Source of the DNA: a bacterium
GTDB lineage: Bacteria; Sysuimicrobiota; Sysuimicrobiia; Sysuimicrobiales; Kaftiobacteriaceae
DNA: 64,000 nucleotides
Assembly: GCA_036505015.1 (NCBI GenBank)
Contig: DASXUC010000026.1
Span: 4,229-68,228, forward strand
Reading direction: 5' to 3'
The notes beneath the pieces are model-generated. The model did no database searches, was not told the DNA's origin, and saw only the letters and a list, made by a program, of their open reading frames with translations. The translations under genes and the position numbers were made by a program. How positions within the stretch are numbered: position 1 is the first letter of the stretch; the number at the start of each line of letters is the position of its first letter. Positions 17,882 to 26,567 of this stretch are shown here, one piece after another.

Positions 17882-18931
17882 ATGAAGCTCGAGGACATTC
17901 CAGCGGATCGGCAGGCGAAATTCCGGTTCAGCCGAAAGCCGCTCCATGCGTTGAACGATATCCAGAGGAGCGCGCTCGACCAGATCAAGCACAAGATTCA
18001 GGATCAGTATGCCTATGAGGAGATCGAGTGTTTCTGCGGTCAGACGCAGGATATTCTGGTCGGCCGGTACGATCGGTACGGCCTCCCGCACTGGTCGCGG
18101 CTGTGCGGCAATTGCGGATTGATCAGGACCTCGCCCAGGCTCAGCGAAGCGAGCTACCACGATTTCTACGAACAGCACTTCGTGCAGCTGCACTACGGGA
18201 TCCCCGCCGTCGACGAGGCGTTTGCGCTCTCGCGGGTCACAATCATGAATCACCCAGCCAATGGCATGGAACTGCTGAACACGCTACGCCCGTTGGTGGA
18301 TCTGCGCGAAAGTAGGCGGGTCTTGGAGATTGGCTGCGGTGCAGGATGGACGTTGGTTCCTCTCAAAGATGCCGGGCTTGCGGTGGCCGGGTGCGATTAT
18401 GACAGCCGGCAGGTCGCACTGGGGAGGAAGCTGTTCGGGTTGGATCTCATCGCCGGCGGGGTGGAGCAGGTCAGCGCCTCGGGCCAAAAGTTCGATCTCA
18501 TCATCACGATCAACTTGCTCGAGCACATTCTCGACCTGCGCGGACTGTTGCGCCAGGCACACGATTTGCTGGATGACAATGGGCTATTCTACGTCATGAC
18601 GCCGGGTTTATTCCACTTCGTGTCGCAGATGTACCCGTCGCTCCAATACCAGCTGATGATCTACCACACCTATCTGTTCAACGAGTGGAATCTGGAATAT
18701 GTGCTCGGGGCCTGTGGATTCCAGAGGGTTCGCTGCGATCGCTTCATCACCTCAGTGTGGAGGAAGACCGCAGACGGGCGGAACCTGGCTCACGTTGACT
18801 TTCATGTCCCCGTTGTCGACGCGTTCCTGAAGCAGTACGGTGATACGAAACGACAGAGCGGCTTGGGAGCATTGAAATCTTGGACGCGCGAGCGAGGTTT
18901 GTGGAGCCGCCGATCGGATTCGAACCGATAA
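17882..18931 (+). CDS. Class I SAM-dependent methyltransferase with an N-terminal Cys4 zinc-ribbon-like motif
   Basis: VLEIGCGAGW...GCDYD motif I and post-I. CFCG...CGNCG lies upstream. GC is visibly lower (about 50-55% in sampled 60-mers). The 3' end runs 30 nt into the opposite-strand tRNA. Confidence 0.7.
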   Translation: MKLEDIPADRQAKFRFSRKPLHALNDIQRSALDQIKHKIQDQYAYEEIECFCGQTQDILVGRYDRYGLPHWSRLCGNCGLIRTSPRLSEASYHDFYEQHFVQLHYGIPAVDEAFALSRVTIMNHPANGMELLNTLRPLVDLRESRRVLEIGCGAGWTLVPLKDAGLAVAGCDYDSRQVALGRKLFGLDLIAGGVEQVSASGQKFDLIITINLLEHILDLRGLLRQAHDLLDDNGLFYVMTPGLFHFVSQMYPSLQYQLMIYHTYLFNEWNLEYVLGACGFQRVRCDRFITSVWRKTADGRNLAHVDFHVPVVDAFLKQYGDTKRQSGLGALKSWTRERGLWSRRSDSNR

Positions 18932-18978
18932 CCCCCTCATTACAAATGAGGCGCTCTACCGGGTTGAGCTACGGCGGC
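18902..18978 (-). tRNA. tRNA-Thr (anticodon UGU), CCA encoded
   Basis: Hand-folded cloverleaf: acceptor GCCGCCG/CGGCGGC, D-arm GCTC...GAGC, anticodon arm CCTCA-TTTGTAA-TGAGG, 5-nt variable loop, T-arm ATCGG-TTCGAAT-CCGAT, discriminator U plus CCA. Total 77 nt. Confidence 0.9.
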
Positions 18979-19001
18979 ACTGAAGACCACTATACGGGAT
19001 C

Positions 19002-19319
19002 TTAGTAGAAGCTGCGCTCCTGGATTTGGAACTCCAATCCGTCCTCATTTGCTTTCAGCGCGCAGTACAGCCACACGAACGGCACCAGCAGCCCGCCGCT
19101 GAGCAAGATCAGCCCGAACATGATTGTGGCGTGGACCCACAGCCCGCGCGCGACATACCAGAACGGTCCGAAAATGAATGCCGGCCAGTTCCACGACAGC
19201 CGGCGGGGCATCGCGCGGTGGTAGAGGGGCGGGATCGGACCCTCCCGTCGCTCGAGTCCGATTGGGAAGTTCAGGACCTTCCCGATGCCGTTGACGATGG
19301 CCTGCCACAACCGGCGCAC
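19002..19319 (-). CDS. DUF2628-like small membrane protein
   Basis: SWNWPAFIFGPFWYVARGLW motif followed by TM helices. Confidence 0.55.
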   Translation of the reverse strand: MRRLWQAIVNGIGKVLNFPIGLERREGPIPPLYHRAMPRRLSWNWPAFIFGPFWYVARGLWVHATIMFGLILLSGGLLVPFVWLYCALKANEDGLEFQIQERSFY

Positions 19320-19322
19320 GGG

Positions 19323-19550
19323 CTAGTCCTCGTCCTCATCCTCGTCGTGCAGCCTTCCGGGTCGCTCTTCGGGTGCCAGCTTCCCGGTGGTCAGGTCCAC
19401 GGTTTCTTCCATCTGCAGGCAAATCGCGCACGTTCCCTTGAGCAGTCCGTGCGGGCAGCGCTCGAGGCGGGTCCCGATCCGCGTGGCCGTGGTCGCCCGA
19501 GCCGATTTCGTCCGCCCTGTTGCAGTTCTCCTGGTCGCCGTCCTGGCCAT
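19323..19550 (-). CDS. Small basic protein with a Cys cluster and an acidic tail (hypothetical)
   Basis: 75 aa. Arg/Thr-rich N-terminus, C-x8-C-x2-C, and a C-terminal HDEDEDED tail. Coding status is not certain. Confidence 0.4.
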   Translation of the reverse strand: MARTATRRTATGRTKSARATTATRIGTRLERCPHGLLKGTCAICLQMEETVDLTTGKLAPEERPGRLHDEDEDED

Positions 19551-19689
19551 GGGGTTGCCCTCACTTTCCCGGCCTCGGCGGCAACGGCCGCCGAAGGACC
19601 GAGATTCTCCTTGTCACTAGGTGTTTATTCTACCCATCCTGAGTATCGACGCAACCCCAGAACGGGGGAAATTCTGACCGAGGATTAGT

Positions 19690-20133
19690 TTACACCGGCT
19701 CCATTTTGTTGTCTACGCGGGTCACCCCCGGCGGTGGGTCGACCAGCAGGACGGATTCTCCCTCTATGACGACCTCCCCGCGCTGGTTCTGGCAGGACGT
19801 CCTGAGCGTGAGCACCCGCTTCTGCGGCCGGTAGCCGATGACGTCTGCCGCGGCCGTGACCGTGTCGCCGATGCGCACCGGCTTGAGGAACTTCAGCGTC
19901 TGGCTGAGGAAGATCCCTCCCGGACCCGGCAGTCGCATCCCCAGCACGGCCGAGATCAGCCCCGCCGTCAGCATCCCATGGGCGATGCGTTCCCCGAATC
20001 GCGACCGGGCAGCATATTCCGCATCCACGTGCAACGGGTTGAAGTCTCCCGTTATTCCGGCGAACGCGTTGATGTCCGCCTCGGTGATCGCCTTGGTGAA
20101 CGTCGCCCTCTGTCCAACTTCGAATTCCGGCAT
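19690..20133 (-). CDS. MaoC-like (R)-specific enoyl-CoA hydratase / dehydratase
   Basis: Hot-dog fold motif GDFNPLHVDAEYAARSRFGERIAHGML. Start refined to MPEFEVGQ (ATG at 20133). Confidence 0.85.
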   Translation of the reverse strand: MPEFEVGQRATFTKAITEADINAFAGITGDFNPLHVDAEYAARSRFGERIAHGMLTAGLISAVLGMRLPGPGGIFLSQTLKFLKPVRIGDTVTAAADVIGYRPQKRVLTLRTSCQNQRGEVVIEGESVLLVDPPPGVTRVDNKMEPV

Positions 20134-20156
20134 TGGCGATGCCTCCCTCGACCTTT

Positions 20157-20184
20157 CGACGAACGACCAACGACCAACGATGGC
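20157..20184. repeat. Tandem heptads CGACCAA-type x4 in the maoC-bdhA gap
   Basis: CGACGAA CGACCAA CGACCAA CGATGGC. Confidence 0.85.
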
Positions 20185-20191
20185 CGGCAGT

Positions 20192-20977
20192 TTAGTGCGC
20201 CGTCCACCCGCCATCGATGGGGAGGGCGGCACCGGTGATGCCGGCCGCGGCCTCCGAGCACAGAAACACGGTCAGTGCAGCGACCTCGTCCGGCTCGAGC
20301 AGACGCTTCAGCGCCGCCGGCTGGAGCATAATGCGCTCCACCACCTCGGCTTCGGGAATGCCGTGCACCTTGGCCTGGTCGGCAATCTGGCGTTCCACCA
20401 GCGGGGTCCGGACGTACCCTGGGCAGATGGCGTTCACGGTGATTCCCTGCTCGGCCACTTCCCACGCGGCGACCTTCGTGAAACCGACGATGCCGTGCTT
20501 CGCAGAGACGTAGGCTGATTTGAACGGCGACGCGATCAGGCCGTGCGCTGACGCGATGTTCACGACCCTCCCCCACCGCTGGTCGAGCATCCGCGGCAGC
20601 GCGTACTTCGTGCACAGGAATGTGCCCGTGAGCATAATGTCGATCAACTTGTGCCACTGGTCCTCGGGAAACTGTACGATCGGGGCCACGTGCTGCAGCC
20701 CGGCGTTGTTCACCAGGATGTGGAGCCCGCCCAGCCCCTGGACGGTCTGCGCGACCAGCCCCCGCACCCCGCCGGGATCCGAGACGTCGGCCGCCACGAA
20801 CAGCCCGCGCCCACCGCGGGTGTGGATCTCATCCGCGACGGCGCCTCCGGCGGTTTCGTTCACATCGGCAACACACACGGAGCCCCCGGCATCTGCGAGG
20901 GCGAGCGCAATCGCGCGGCCGATGCCCGATCCCGCGCCGGTGACAATGGCTACCTTGCCCTCCAGATCGGCTTGCAT
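20192..20977 (-). CDS. bdhA: 3-hydroxybutyrate dehydrogenase (SDR family)
   Basis: TGAGSGIGRA, YVSAKHG, and the characteristic C-terminal ...PGYVRTPLVERQI...GAALPIDGGWTAH. Start refined to the ATG at 20977. Confidence 0.85.
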   Translation of the reverse strand: MQADLEGKVAIVTGAGSGIGRAIALALADAGGSVCVADVNETAGGAVADEIHTRGGRGLFVAADVSDPGGVRGLVAQTVQGLGGLHILVNNAGLQHVAPIVQFPEDQWHKLIDIMLTGTFLCTKYALPRMLDQRWGRVVNIASAHGLIASPFKSAYVSAKHGIVGFTKVAAWEVAEQGITVNAICPGYVRTPLVERQIADQAKVHGIPEAEVVERIMLQPAALKRLLEPDEVAALTVFLCSEAAAGITGAALPIDGGWTAH

Positions 20978-21155
20978 TGACGCCTGTGACCGGTCTACTG
21001 ACGCCAGACCAGGACCATGATCTGTCCGTTTCCTTTCGCCAGCGGTTGGAGCGCCTTCGCCACAATCGCGCCGACGCATCGCACCGGGCTGCTGCACCGC
21101 ATCAGGTGCCCCGGGAATTCCGCGCTGTGTGCATGACGCCTCCTAAGATTCGAAG

Positions 21156-21875
21156 TCAGAGCCCAAGGTACGCTACCTTGACGTGCTCGTTCCGCAGCAA
21201 TTCACGCCCGCTGCCCTCCAAGACGATCCGCCCGTTCTCGAGCACGTATCCACGATGAGCCATCCGCAGCGTCTGCCGCACGTTCTGTTCGACCAGCAGG
21301 ACCGTTACCCCCCGTTCATTGATCCGGCGCAGCGCGGCAAACAGCGACTGGACCAATACCGGCGCCAGACCCAGCGAGGGCTCGTCGACCATCAGCAGCA
21401 CGGGCCGCGCCATCAGCGCTCGTCCCAGCGCGAGCATCTGCTGCTCGCCGCCGCTCAACGTGCCGGCGAGCTGGTGCTGCCGTTCCGCCAGACGGGGGAA
21501 CAGCGCAAAGACGTCCTCCAAGGTCTCGGTCCGGCGTTCCCACGCCCCGGGCACGAACGCGGCGCCCAGTTCGAGGTGGTCGCGGGTGGACATCGCCGGA
21601 AACAGTTGGCGGCCTTCCGGGACGTGGGCGATCCCCAGCCGGGCGATCGCCGCGGTCCCCCGGCCGGCGATAGGCCGCCCGCCGAATGCGATGCGCCCCT
21701 GCGGGCGCACGACCCCGGTGAGCGCGCGCAGCAGGGTCGTCTTCCCCGCCCCGTTGGCGCCTACCAGGCAGACGATCTCACCAGCGTTGACCCGCAGGCT
21801 CACGTCCCACAGGACCTGGATATCCCCGTAGCCGGCCGACAGCCCATCGACCTGCAGCAGCGCCTCAGCGTTCAT
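21156..21875 (-). CDS. livF: Branched-chain amino acid ABC transporter ATP-binding protein (LivF type)
   Basis: Walker A GANGAGKTT, signature LSGGEQQ, Walker B LLMVDEPS. Confidence 0.9.
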   Translation of the reverse strand: MNAEALLQVDGLSAGYGDIQVLWDVSLRVNAGEIVCLVGANGAGKTTLLRALTGVVRPQGRIAFGGRPIAGRGTAAIARLGIAHVPEGRQLFPAMSTRDHLELGAAFVPGAWERRTETLEDVFALFPRLAERQHQLAGTLSGGEQQMLALGRALMARPVLLMVDEPSLGLAPVLVQSLFAALRRINERGVTVLLVEQNVRQTLRMAHRGYVLENGRIVLEGSGRELLRNEHVKVAYLGL

Positions 21876-22608
21876 CGCCGGCCTCCTCTTCGGTCCCCAG
21901 GTAGGCTTCGATCACGGTCGGTTCGGCGGCAACGGTTGCAAAGGAACCTTCGGCGATCTTGCGCCCGAAGTTCAACACCACCACGCGGTCGGCGAGATCG
22001 CGGACGCTGCTCATGACGTGGTCGATCAGCAGCACGGTCACCCCCCGTTCCCGCACCCGCCTGATGATCGCGATCGCCTGCCGGGCCTCTGTGGGAGTCA
22101 GCCCGGCCATCACTTCGTCGAGCAATAGCAGCCGCGGATGGGTCGCCAGCGCCCTGGCGATCTCCAGGCGTTTCAGGTCAGCAACCCCCAGGGCGATCGC
22201 GGGACGGTCCAGGAGGCCGCGGAGACCCAACTCCTCGCAGATGCCTTCCGCCTCGCGCCGCGCCACGGCAAGCGATTTGGGGGCGGTGTGGCCGAACAAC
22301 TCACCGACCATGACGTTTTCCAGCACGTTCATGTCATGGAACGGCTGCATCACCTGAAATGTCCGTCCGATGCCCAGGTGGGCGCGGAGCGACGGCGGCA
22401 GCGCGGTGATGTCCGCACCATCGAAACGCACCGTGCCCCGGTCGGGCGCGATCAGACCCGAGATCAGGTTGAAAGTCGTCGACTTGCCCGCGCCGTTGGG
22501 GCCGATGATGGCGACGATCTCCTCGGGTTGGACCGCCAGCGACAGATCGTTCACCGCCACAAGGCCGCCAAACGCCTTGGTCACCGATTGCAGGGCCAGC
22601 AGGCTCAC
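21865..22608 (-). CDS. livG: Branched-chain amino acid ABC transporter ATP-binding protein (LivG type)
   Basis: GPNGAGKST and LLLLDEVMAG motifs with the LivG-type C-terminus. Confidence 0.9.
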   Translation of the reverse strand: MSLLALQSVTKAFGGLVAVNDLSLAVQPEEIVAIIGPNGAGKSTTFNLISGLIAPDRGTVRFDGADITALPPSLRAHLGIGRTFQVMQPFHDMNVLENVMVGELFGHTAPKSLAVARREAEGICEELGLRGLLDRPAIALGVADLKRLEIARALATHPRLLLLDEVMAGLTPTEARQAIAIIRRVRERGVTVLLIDHVMSSVRDLADRVVVLNFGRKIAEGSFATVAAEPTVIEAYLGTEEEAGDER

Positions 22609-23537
22609 GCCCGCGGCCTCCGGCGCCGCCGCAGCAAGGCGTACACGCCGATCAACCCGCGCGGCATGAACAGAATCACGCCGGCCAGAATGAGCCCGTA
22701 GATGATCAGGTAGCCGCTGCGCAGCGACGCGCGCAGCATTTCCTCCCCAACCCGCAGGACGATCGCACCCAGCAGCGGGCCCACCGTGGTATAGAGCCCG
22801 CCGAAGATCGGCGCCACCAGCGCCCCGATAGAAATTGCGAGGCTATAGCTCTCAATGGGACTGATGAAGAGGAACACGTGGGCGTAGTAGGCGCCGGTGA
22901 TCCCGGCGAACGCGGCGCTGATGGCGAAAGCCAGGACCTTGAAGCGCACGACGTCGACGCCCATCGCCCCGGCCACCTCTTCGTTCGTGCGCACCGCGGT
23001 GAACGCGAAGTACCAGCGGGAGCGATTGATCAGCCAGGAAACCCCCACGGCCGCCATCAGGATGGCGAGGATCACCAGGTACTGCGCCACCAGGTTGCGC
23101 GCCAGCAGCGCCGGCACCACAAGTCCCATGGAGCCGCCGGTGAAGCGTAGCTGCTTGGTCACCACCCGCAGCGTTTCGGTGAACGCGAGCGTGGCAATGG
23201 CAAAGTAGATGCCGCGTAATCGCAGCGTGAGGAATCCCAACGCCACCGCCGCGATCACGGCAAGCACGCCGCCGGCGATGATGCCCACGGGGATCGGGAC
23301 GCCGGCACGCATGACCAACAGAGCGGACGTATACCCTCCGAGCCCGTAGAACGCGGCGTGCGCCAGCGAGAGCTGCCCGGTGCGGGCCAGAATGTCCCAG
23401 GAGACCGCCAGGACCGCAAACATCAGAATGTTCAAGGCATGCTGCAGCAGAAACGGCTCACTCCTGTCCAGCCAAAATGGGAGGGCGACGGCTCCGACCA
23501 CCACCACCCCCACCGCGGCCACGCGCGCCAGCCTCAC
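22605..23537 (-). CDS. livM: Branched-chain amino acid ABC transporter permease (LivM type)
   Basis: Polytopic permease. Start refined to the GTG at 23537 (GTGA overlap with the livH stop). Confidence 0.85.
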   Translation of the reverse strand: MRLARVAAVGVVVVGAVALPFWLDRSEPFLLQHALNILMFAVLAVSWDILARTGQLSLAHAAFYGLGGYTSALLVMRAGVPIPVGIIAGGVLAVIAAVALGFLTLRLRGIYFAIATLAFTETLRVVTKQLRFTGGSMGLVVPALLARNLVAQYLVILAILMAAVGVSWLINRSRWYFAFTAVRTNEEVAGAMGVDVVRFKVLAFAISAAFAGITGAYYAHVFLFISPIESYSLAISIGALVAPIFGGLYTTVGPLLGAIVLRVGEEMLRASLRSGYLIIYGLILAGVILFMPRGLIGVYALLRRRRRPRA

Positions 23538-24376
23538 CGGAACAGCCCCCGCGGCCGGATGAGCAGCACCAACAGGATCAACAGGAAGAACACGCCTTCC
23601 GCCCACCCCCCGCCGGAAGGCACGTAAAATTCCACAAAAGCTTCCGAGAGGCCGAGGACCAGGCTGGCGTAGATGACGCCGTTGATGTTGCCGAGGCCGG
23701 CGATGACGATGATCGCGAACGCCTTGAGCGTATACAGCAGCCCGATGTACGGCGAGACGGAGAGCTGGAGCGTCACCATCATCCCCGCGGTCCCGGCCAG
23801 CGCGACCGATAGACCGAACGCCAGCAGGTAAATCCGGTCAACGTCGATACCGACGAGTCCGGCCCCCAGGCGGTTCTGAGCGACCGCGCGCATCGCTTTG
23901 CCGATGCGGCTGCTGCCCAGCACGGCATAGAGGCCCAGCGTTAGACCCATTGCCAGCACGAAGACCAGCAGCTGTGGGAACCCGACGGTAAACGGACCCA
24001 GGGCGATCGCTCTGGCTTTGTACCCGATCGCGGCGGTGCGGGGATCGCCGCCCCACAGGATCACGGCCAGGTTCTGCAGGAAGATCGAGATCCCAAACGT
24101 GAGCAGCATTTGATTCAGTTCGGGAGCGCGAAGGACCCGCTGGATCGCCGTACGGTACACGACCCCGCCTACCGCGAACATCGTCACGGCGCCGGCCGGG
24201 ATGGCCAGCAGCGGATCGATCCCGTAGGACACGTACAGCCAGTAGCCGAGGTACGCCCCCAGCATCAAGAACTCGCCGTGCGCAAAGTTCACGATCCCGA
24301 TCACGCCGACCGACAGTGCCAGCCCCACCGCGGCCAGGGCGTACAGCCCCGAGCGGAGCACGCCGAAGATGACCAT
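23534..24376 (-). CDS. livH: Branched-chain amino acid ABC transporter permease (LivH type)
   Basis: 280 aa polytopic protein with the LivH-like GIVNFAHGEF motif. Confidence 0.9.
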   Translation of the reverse strand: MVIFGVLRSGLYALAAVGLALSVGVIGIVNFAHGEFLMLGAYLGYWLYVSYGIDPLLAIPAGAVTMFAVGGVVYRTAIQRVLRAPELNQMLLTFGISIFLQNLAVILWGGDPRTAAIGYKARAIALGPFTVGFPQLLVFVLAMGLTLGLYAVLGSSRIGKAMRAVAQNRLGAGLVGIDVDRIYLLAFGLSVALAGTAGMMVTLQLSVSPYIGLLYTLKAFAIIVIAGLGNINGVIYASLVLGLSEAFVEFYVPSGGGWAEGVFFLLILLVLLIRPRGLFR

Positions 24377-24411
24377 CTGGAAGAAAGTAGTGATGCGGGA
24401 CCCCCGATTAC

Positions 24412-24517
24412 AGGGCCTGGGGCCTAGGGCCTGGGGCGGTGCAACACGTCGCCCAGGCCGCTAAGCCCCAGAACTCCGAAGTCATCACCAGGCCCCAGTG
24501 TCCAGGCCCGAGGCCCT
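24412..24517. repeat. Inverted heptad arrays (GGGCCTN units) filling the livK-livH gap
   Basis: Left arm: AGGGCCT GGGGCCT AGGGCCT GGGGCGG. Right arm reverse complement: AGGGCCT CGGGCCT GGACACT GGGGCCT. Confidence 0.85.
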
Positions 24518-25712
24518 ATCTTCCGTAGGGCGCGGGATACGCGAGCTTGCCGCCAGCGATTTCCGCCGGCCACACCACGACCTGCTTGCCGTTCTGCCAC
24601 TGGAAAGCGATCAGACGTGTGAAGCCCTGGTTCTTGCCGTAGATGGAGCGCTTGAAGGTCAGCCGGAGCCCGATCGGCCCATCGTAGCTGGTGGCCTTCA
24701 TCGCCGCGACCAGCGCGTTGAGGTCAGTGCTGCCCGCGCGGCGCATGGCATCGGCGACTGTGATGAGGTTCGTGTAGGCCAAGGGTGCCCAGTACGATGA
24801 CGGCACTTCCTTGAACCGCTCGGTGTAACGCTGCACGAACCTTCGCGACTCCGGACTGCCGTTGTCCGGGGTCCACAGCGCCATGCCCGCCATGTAGTTG
24901 CCCGCGGCCAGCTTCTCAAACCCGACCGGCCAGGACGGCGGCGCGGCCAGGATGAGTTTGGGACTGTAGCCCACCTGCCGCGCCTGCGTGGCCAGCGGGA
25001 CCACGTCCTGATCGAACCCGACGAAGACGAACACGTCGGCATTCGAGGCCTTCGCCTTGGTCAGCAGCGGGGTCAGGTCCGGCGATCCGGTCTTGAAGGC
25101 CTCCGAGAAGATCACCTGCAGCCCGAAGCTGCGGGCGAAGCCGACCGCTTCGTCGGCGGATCCGCTGCCGAACGGTCCGTCCTCGTAGGCAAGGGCGATG
25201 GTCTTCGCCCCGATACTCTTGATAAATCCCCACGTCGAGTCGGCGTTGTTATACTGCCATGGGTGGTAGTGGAAGAACCAGTCCGTCTGCGCGAGCATCT
25301 GCTCGACGCCGACGAACGCCGCGCCGGTCCACGCCAGCAGGGTCGGGCGCTGCAACGCCTGGCTGGCGACGGCGATACTGACCGCCGACTGCAGCCCGCC
25401 GATCACGGACACAACGCGATCGCGGGTCACGAGCTTGATATAGGCAGCCGCCCCCGTGGGCGGATCGCCCTTGTCGTCCTCCACGGTCAACTCCACCCGC
25501 CGGCCCAGCACCCCCTGGCGGTTGATCTCGTCCAGCGCGAGCTGATACCCCTTCTGCATCGCCTGCCCGCTCGTCCCCGACGGGCCGCTCAGCGGGATAA
25601 TCGCGCCGATGCGAATCGGTTCTGGCTGTGCGACCGCCGGCTGGTAGGCAGTGCTGAAGATCAGCAGTACCAGTACGGCGACCGCCGCGATGGTGCCAAA
25701 CACCTTGTTCAT
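24516..25712 (-). CDS. ABC transporter substrate-binding protein (LivK / Leu-Ile-Val-binding family)
   Basis: Signal peptide followed by the type-I periplasmic binding fold pattern (IRIGAIIPLSGP...). First gene of the liv-like operon. Confidence 0.85.
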   Translation of the reverse strand: MNKVFGTIAAVAVLVLLIFSTAYQPAVAQPEPIRIGAIIPLSGPSGTSGQAMQKGYQLALDEINRQGVLGRRVELTVEDDKGDPPTGAAAYIKLVTRDRVVSVIGGLQSAVSIAVASQALQRPTLLAWTGAAFVGVEQMLAQTDWFFHYHPWQYNNADSTWGFIKSIGAKTIALAYEDGPFGSGSADEAVGFARSFGLQVIFSEAFKTGSPDLTPLLTKAKASNADVFVFVGFDQDVVPLATQARQVGYSPKLILAAPPSWPVGFEKLAAGNYMAGMALWTPDNGSPESRRFVQRYTERFKEVPSSYWAPLAYTNLITVADAMRRAGSTDLNALVAAMKATSYDGPIGLRLTFKRSIYGKNQGFTRLIAFQWQNGKQVVVWPAEIAGGKLAYPAPYGR

Positions 25713-25775
25713 TGTCTGTCCTCCTCGTCTGGTCTCGCCCTGCCCTGCCCTGCTCGATCCTATCCCACCTCCTGT

Positions 25776-26567
25776 CTACGCTGTCAGGAAATCGCGGATC
25801 AGCCGGTTGGCATCATCGGCTCGTTCCCACAGGAACAGATGGCCGGCGTCGGGGAAGATGTGCAGCCGTGCTCCGGGGATGCGTGCGGCCAGCAGCCGCG
25901 CGTTCTCGACGGGGACTACACGGTCGCGTTCGCCGTGCAAAATGAGCACCGGAGCATGCAGATCGCCGATCCGCTCCTCCGTGTCGTGGGCGGCCGCGGC
26001 CATCAACTGCCGCTGATAGGCAAACAGTGGCTGCGGGTGGGCCACGCGCCAGGCCACGTAGTCGTCGATCTCGGCCGGGTGCGTCTGCGGAAAGTCGGTG
26101 GCGAACTGCACGGCCAGGAAGACACGCAGATCGCGCCCGGGGTCGCCCGTACGGTCGAGCAGCACCTGGGTCGTCTCCGCCGGGATCGGCTCGCTGTGAG
26201 GACCGCCGAAGCTCGTGCAGCACAACACGACCTGCGCGGTCCGCTCCGGATGCGTCAGCGCGAACTCCTGCACCACGAACCCTCCCAGCGATGCGCCCAC
26301 CAGCCGGACCGCCGGGATCTCCAGGGCATCCAGCAGCCCGGCCACGTCCTCGGCCAGCATGCGGATGCTGTACGGCTCATCGGGTTTAGCGCTGCGGCAT
26401 GCGCCCCGGTTGTCGAAGGTGATGACCTCGTGTGCCTCGCTGAGCGCCGGGACCTGCCGGTACCAGAAGTGCGCATCGGCGCCCAGACCGGAGACCAAGA
26501 CCAGCGGCGTCCCCCGGCCCCGCGTTTCGTAGTACAGCTGGATGCCGTTAGTGCTCGCGTACGGCAT
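25776..26567 (-). CDS. Alpha/beta-fold hydrolase
   Basis: HG-type oxyanion region (LVLVSGLG), nucleophile elbow GASLGG, C-terminal DAGH. Start refined to the ATG at 26567. Confidence 0.8.
   Translation of the reverse strand: MPYASTNGIQLYYETRGRGTPLVLVSGLGADAHFWYRQVPALSEAHEVITFDNRGACRSAKPDEPYSIRMLAEDVAGLLDALEIPAVRLVGASLGGFVVQEFALTHPERTAQVVLCCTSFGGPHSEPIPAETTQVLLDRTGDPGRDLRVFLAVQFATDFPQTHPAEIDDYVAWRVAHPQPLFAYQRQLMAAAAHDTEERIGDLHAPVLILHGERDRVVPVENARLLAARIPGARLHIFPDAGHLFLWERADDANRLIRDFLTA

Noticed and set aside
19569-19600. Hairpin TCGGCGGC-AACG-GCCGCCGA between maoC and the small Cys-protein gene as a terminator.
   Set aside because: There is no U-tract on the minus (transcribed) strand, so its function is unclear.
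25737-25753. Pentamer run GCCCT x3 upstream of the liv-type binding-protein gene.
   Set aside because: It is very short, has a different period from the heptad family, and could arise by chance in GC-rich DNA.
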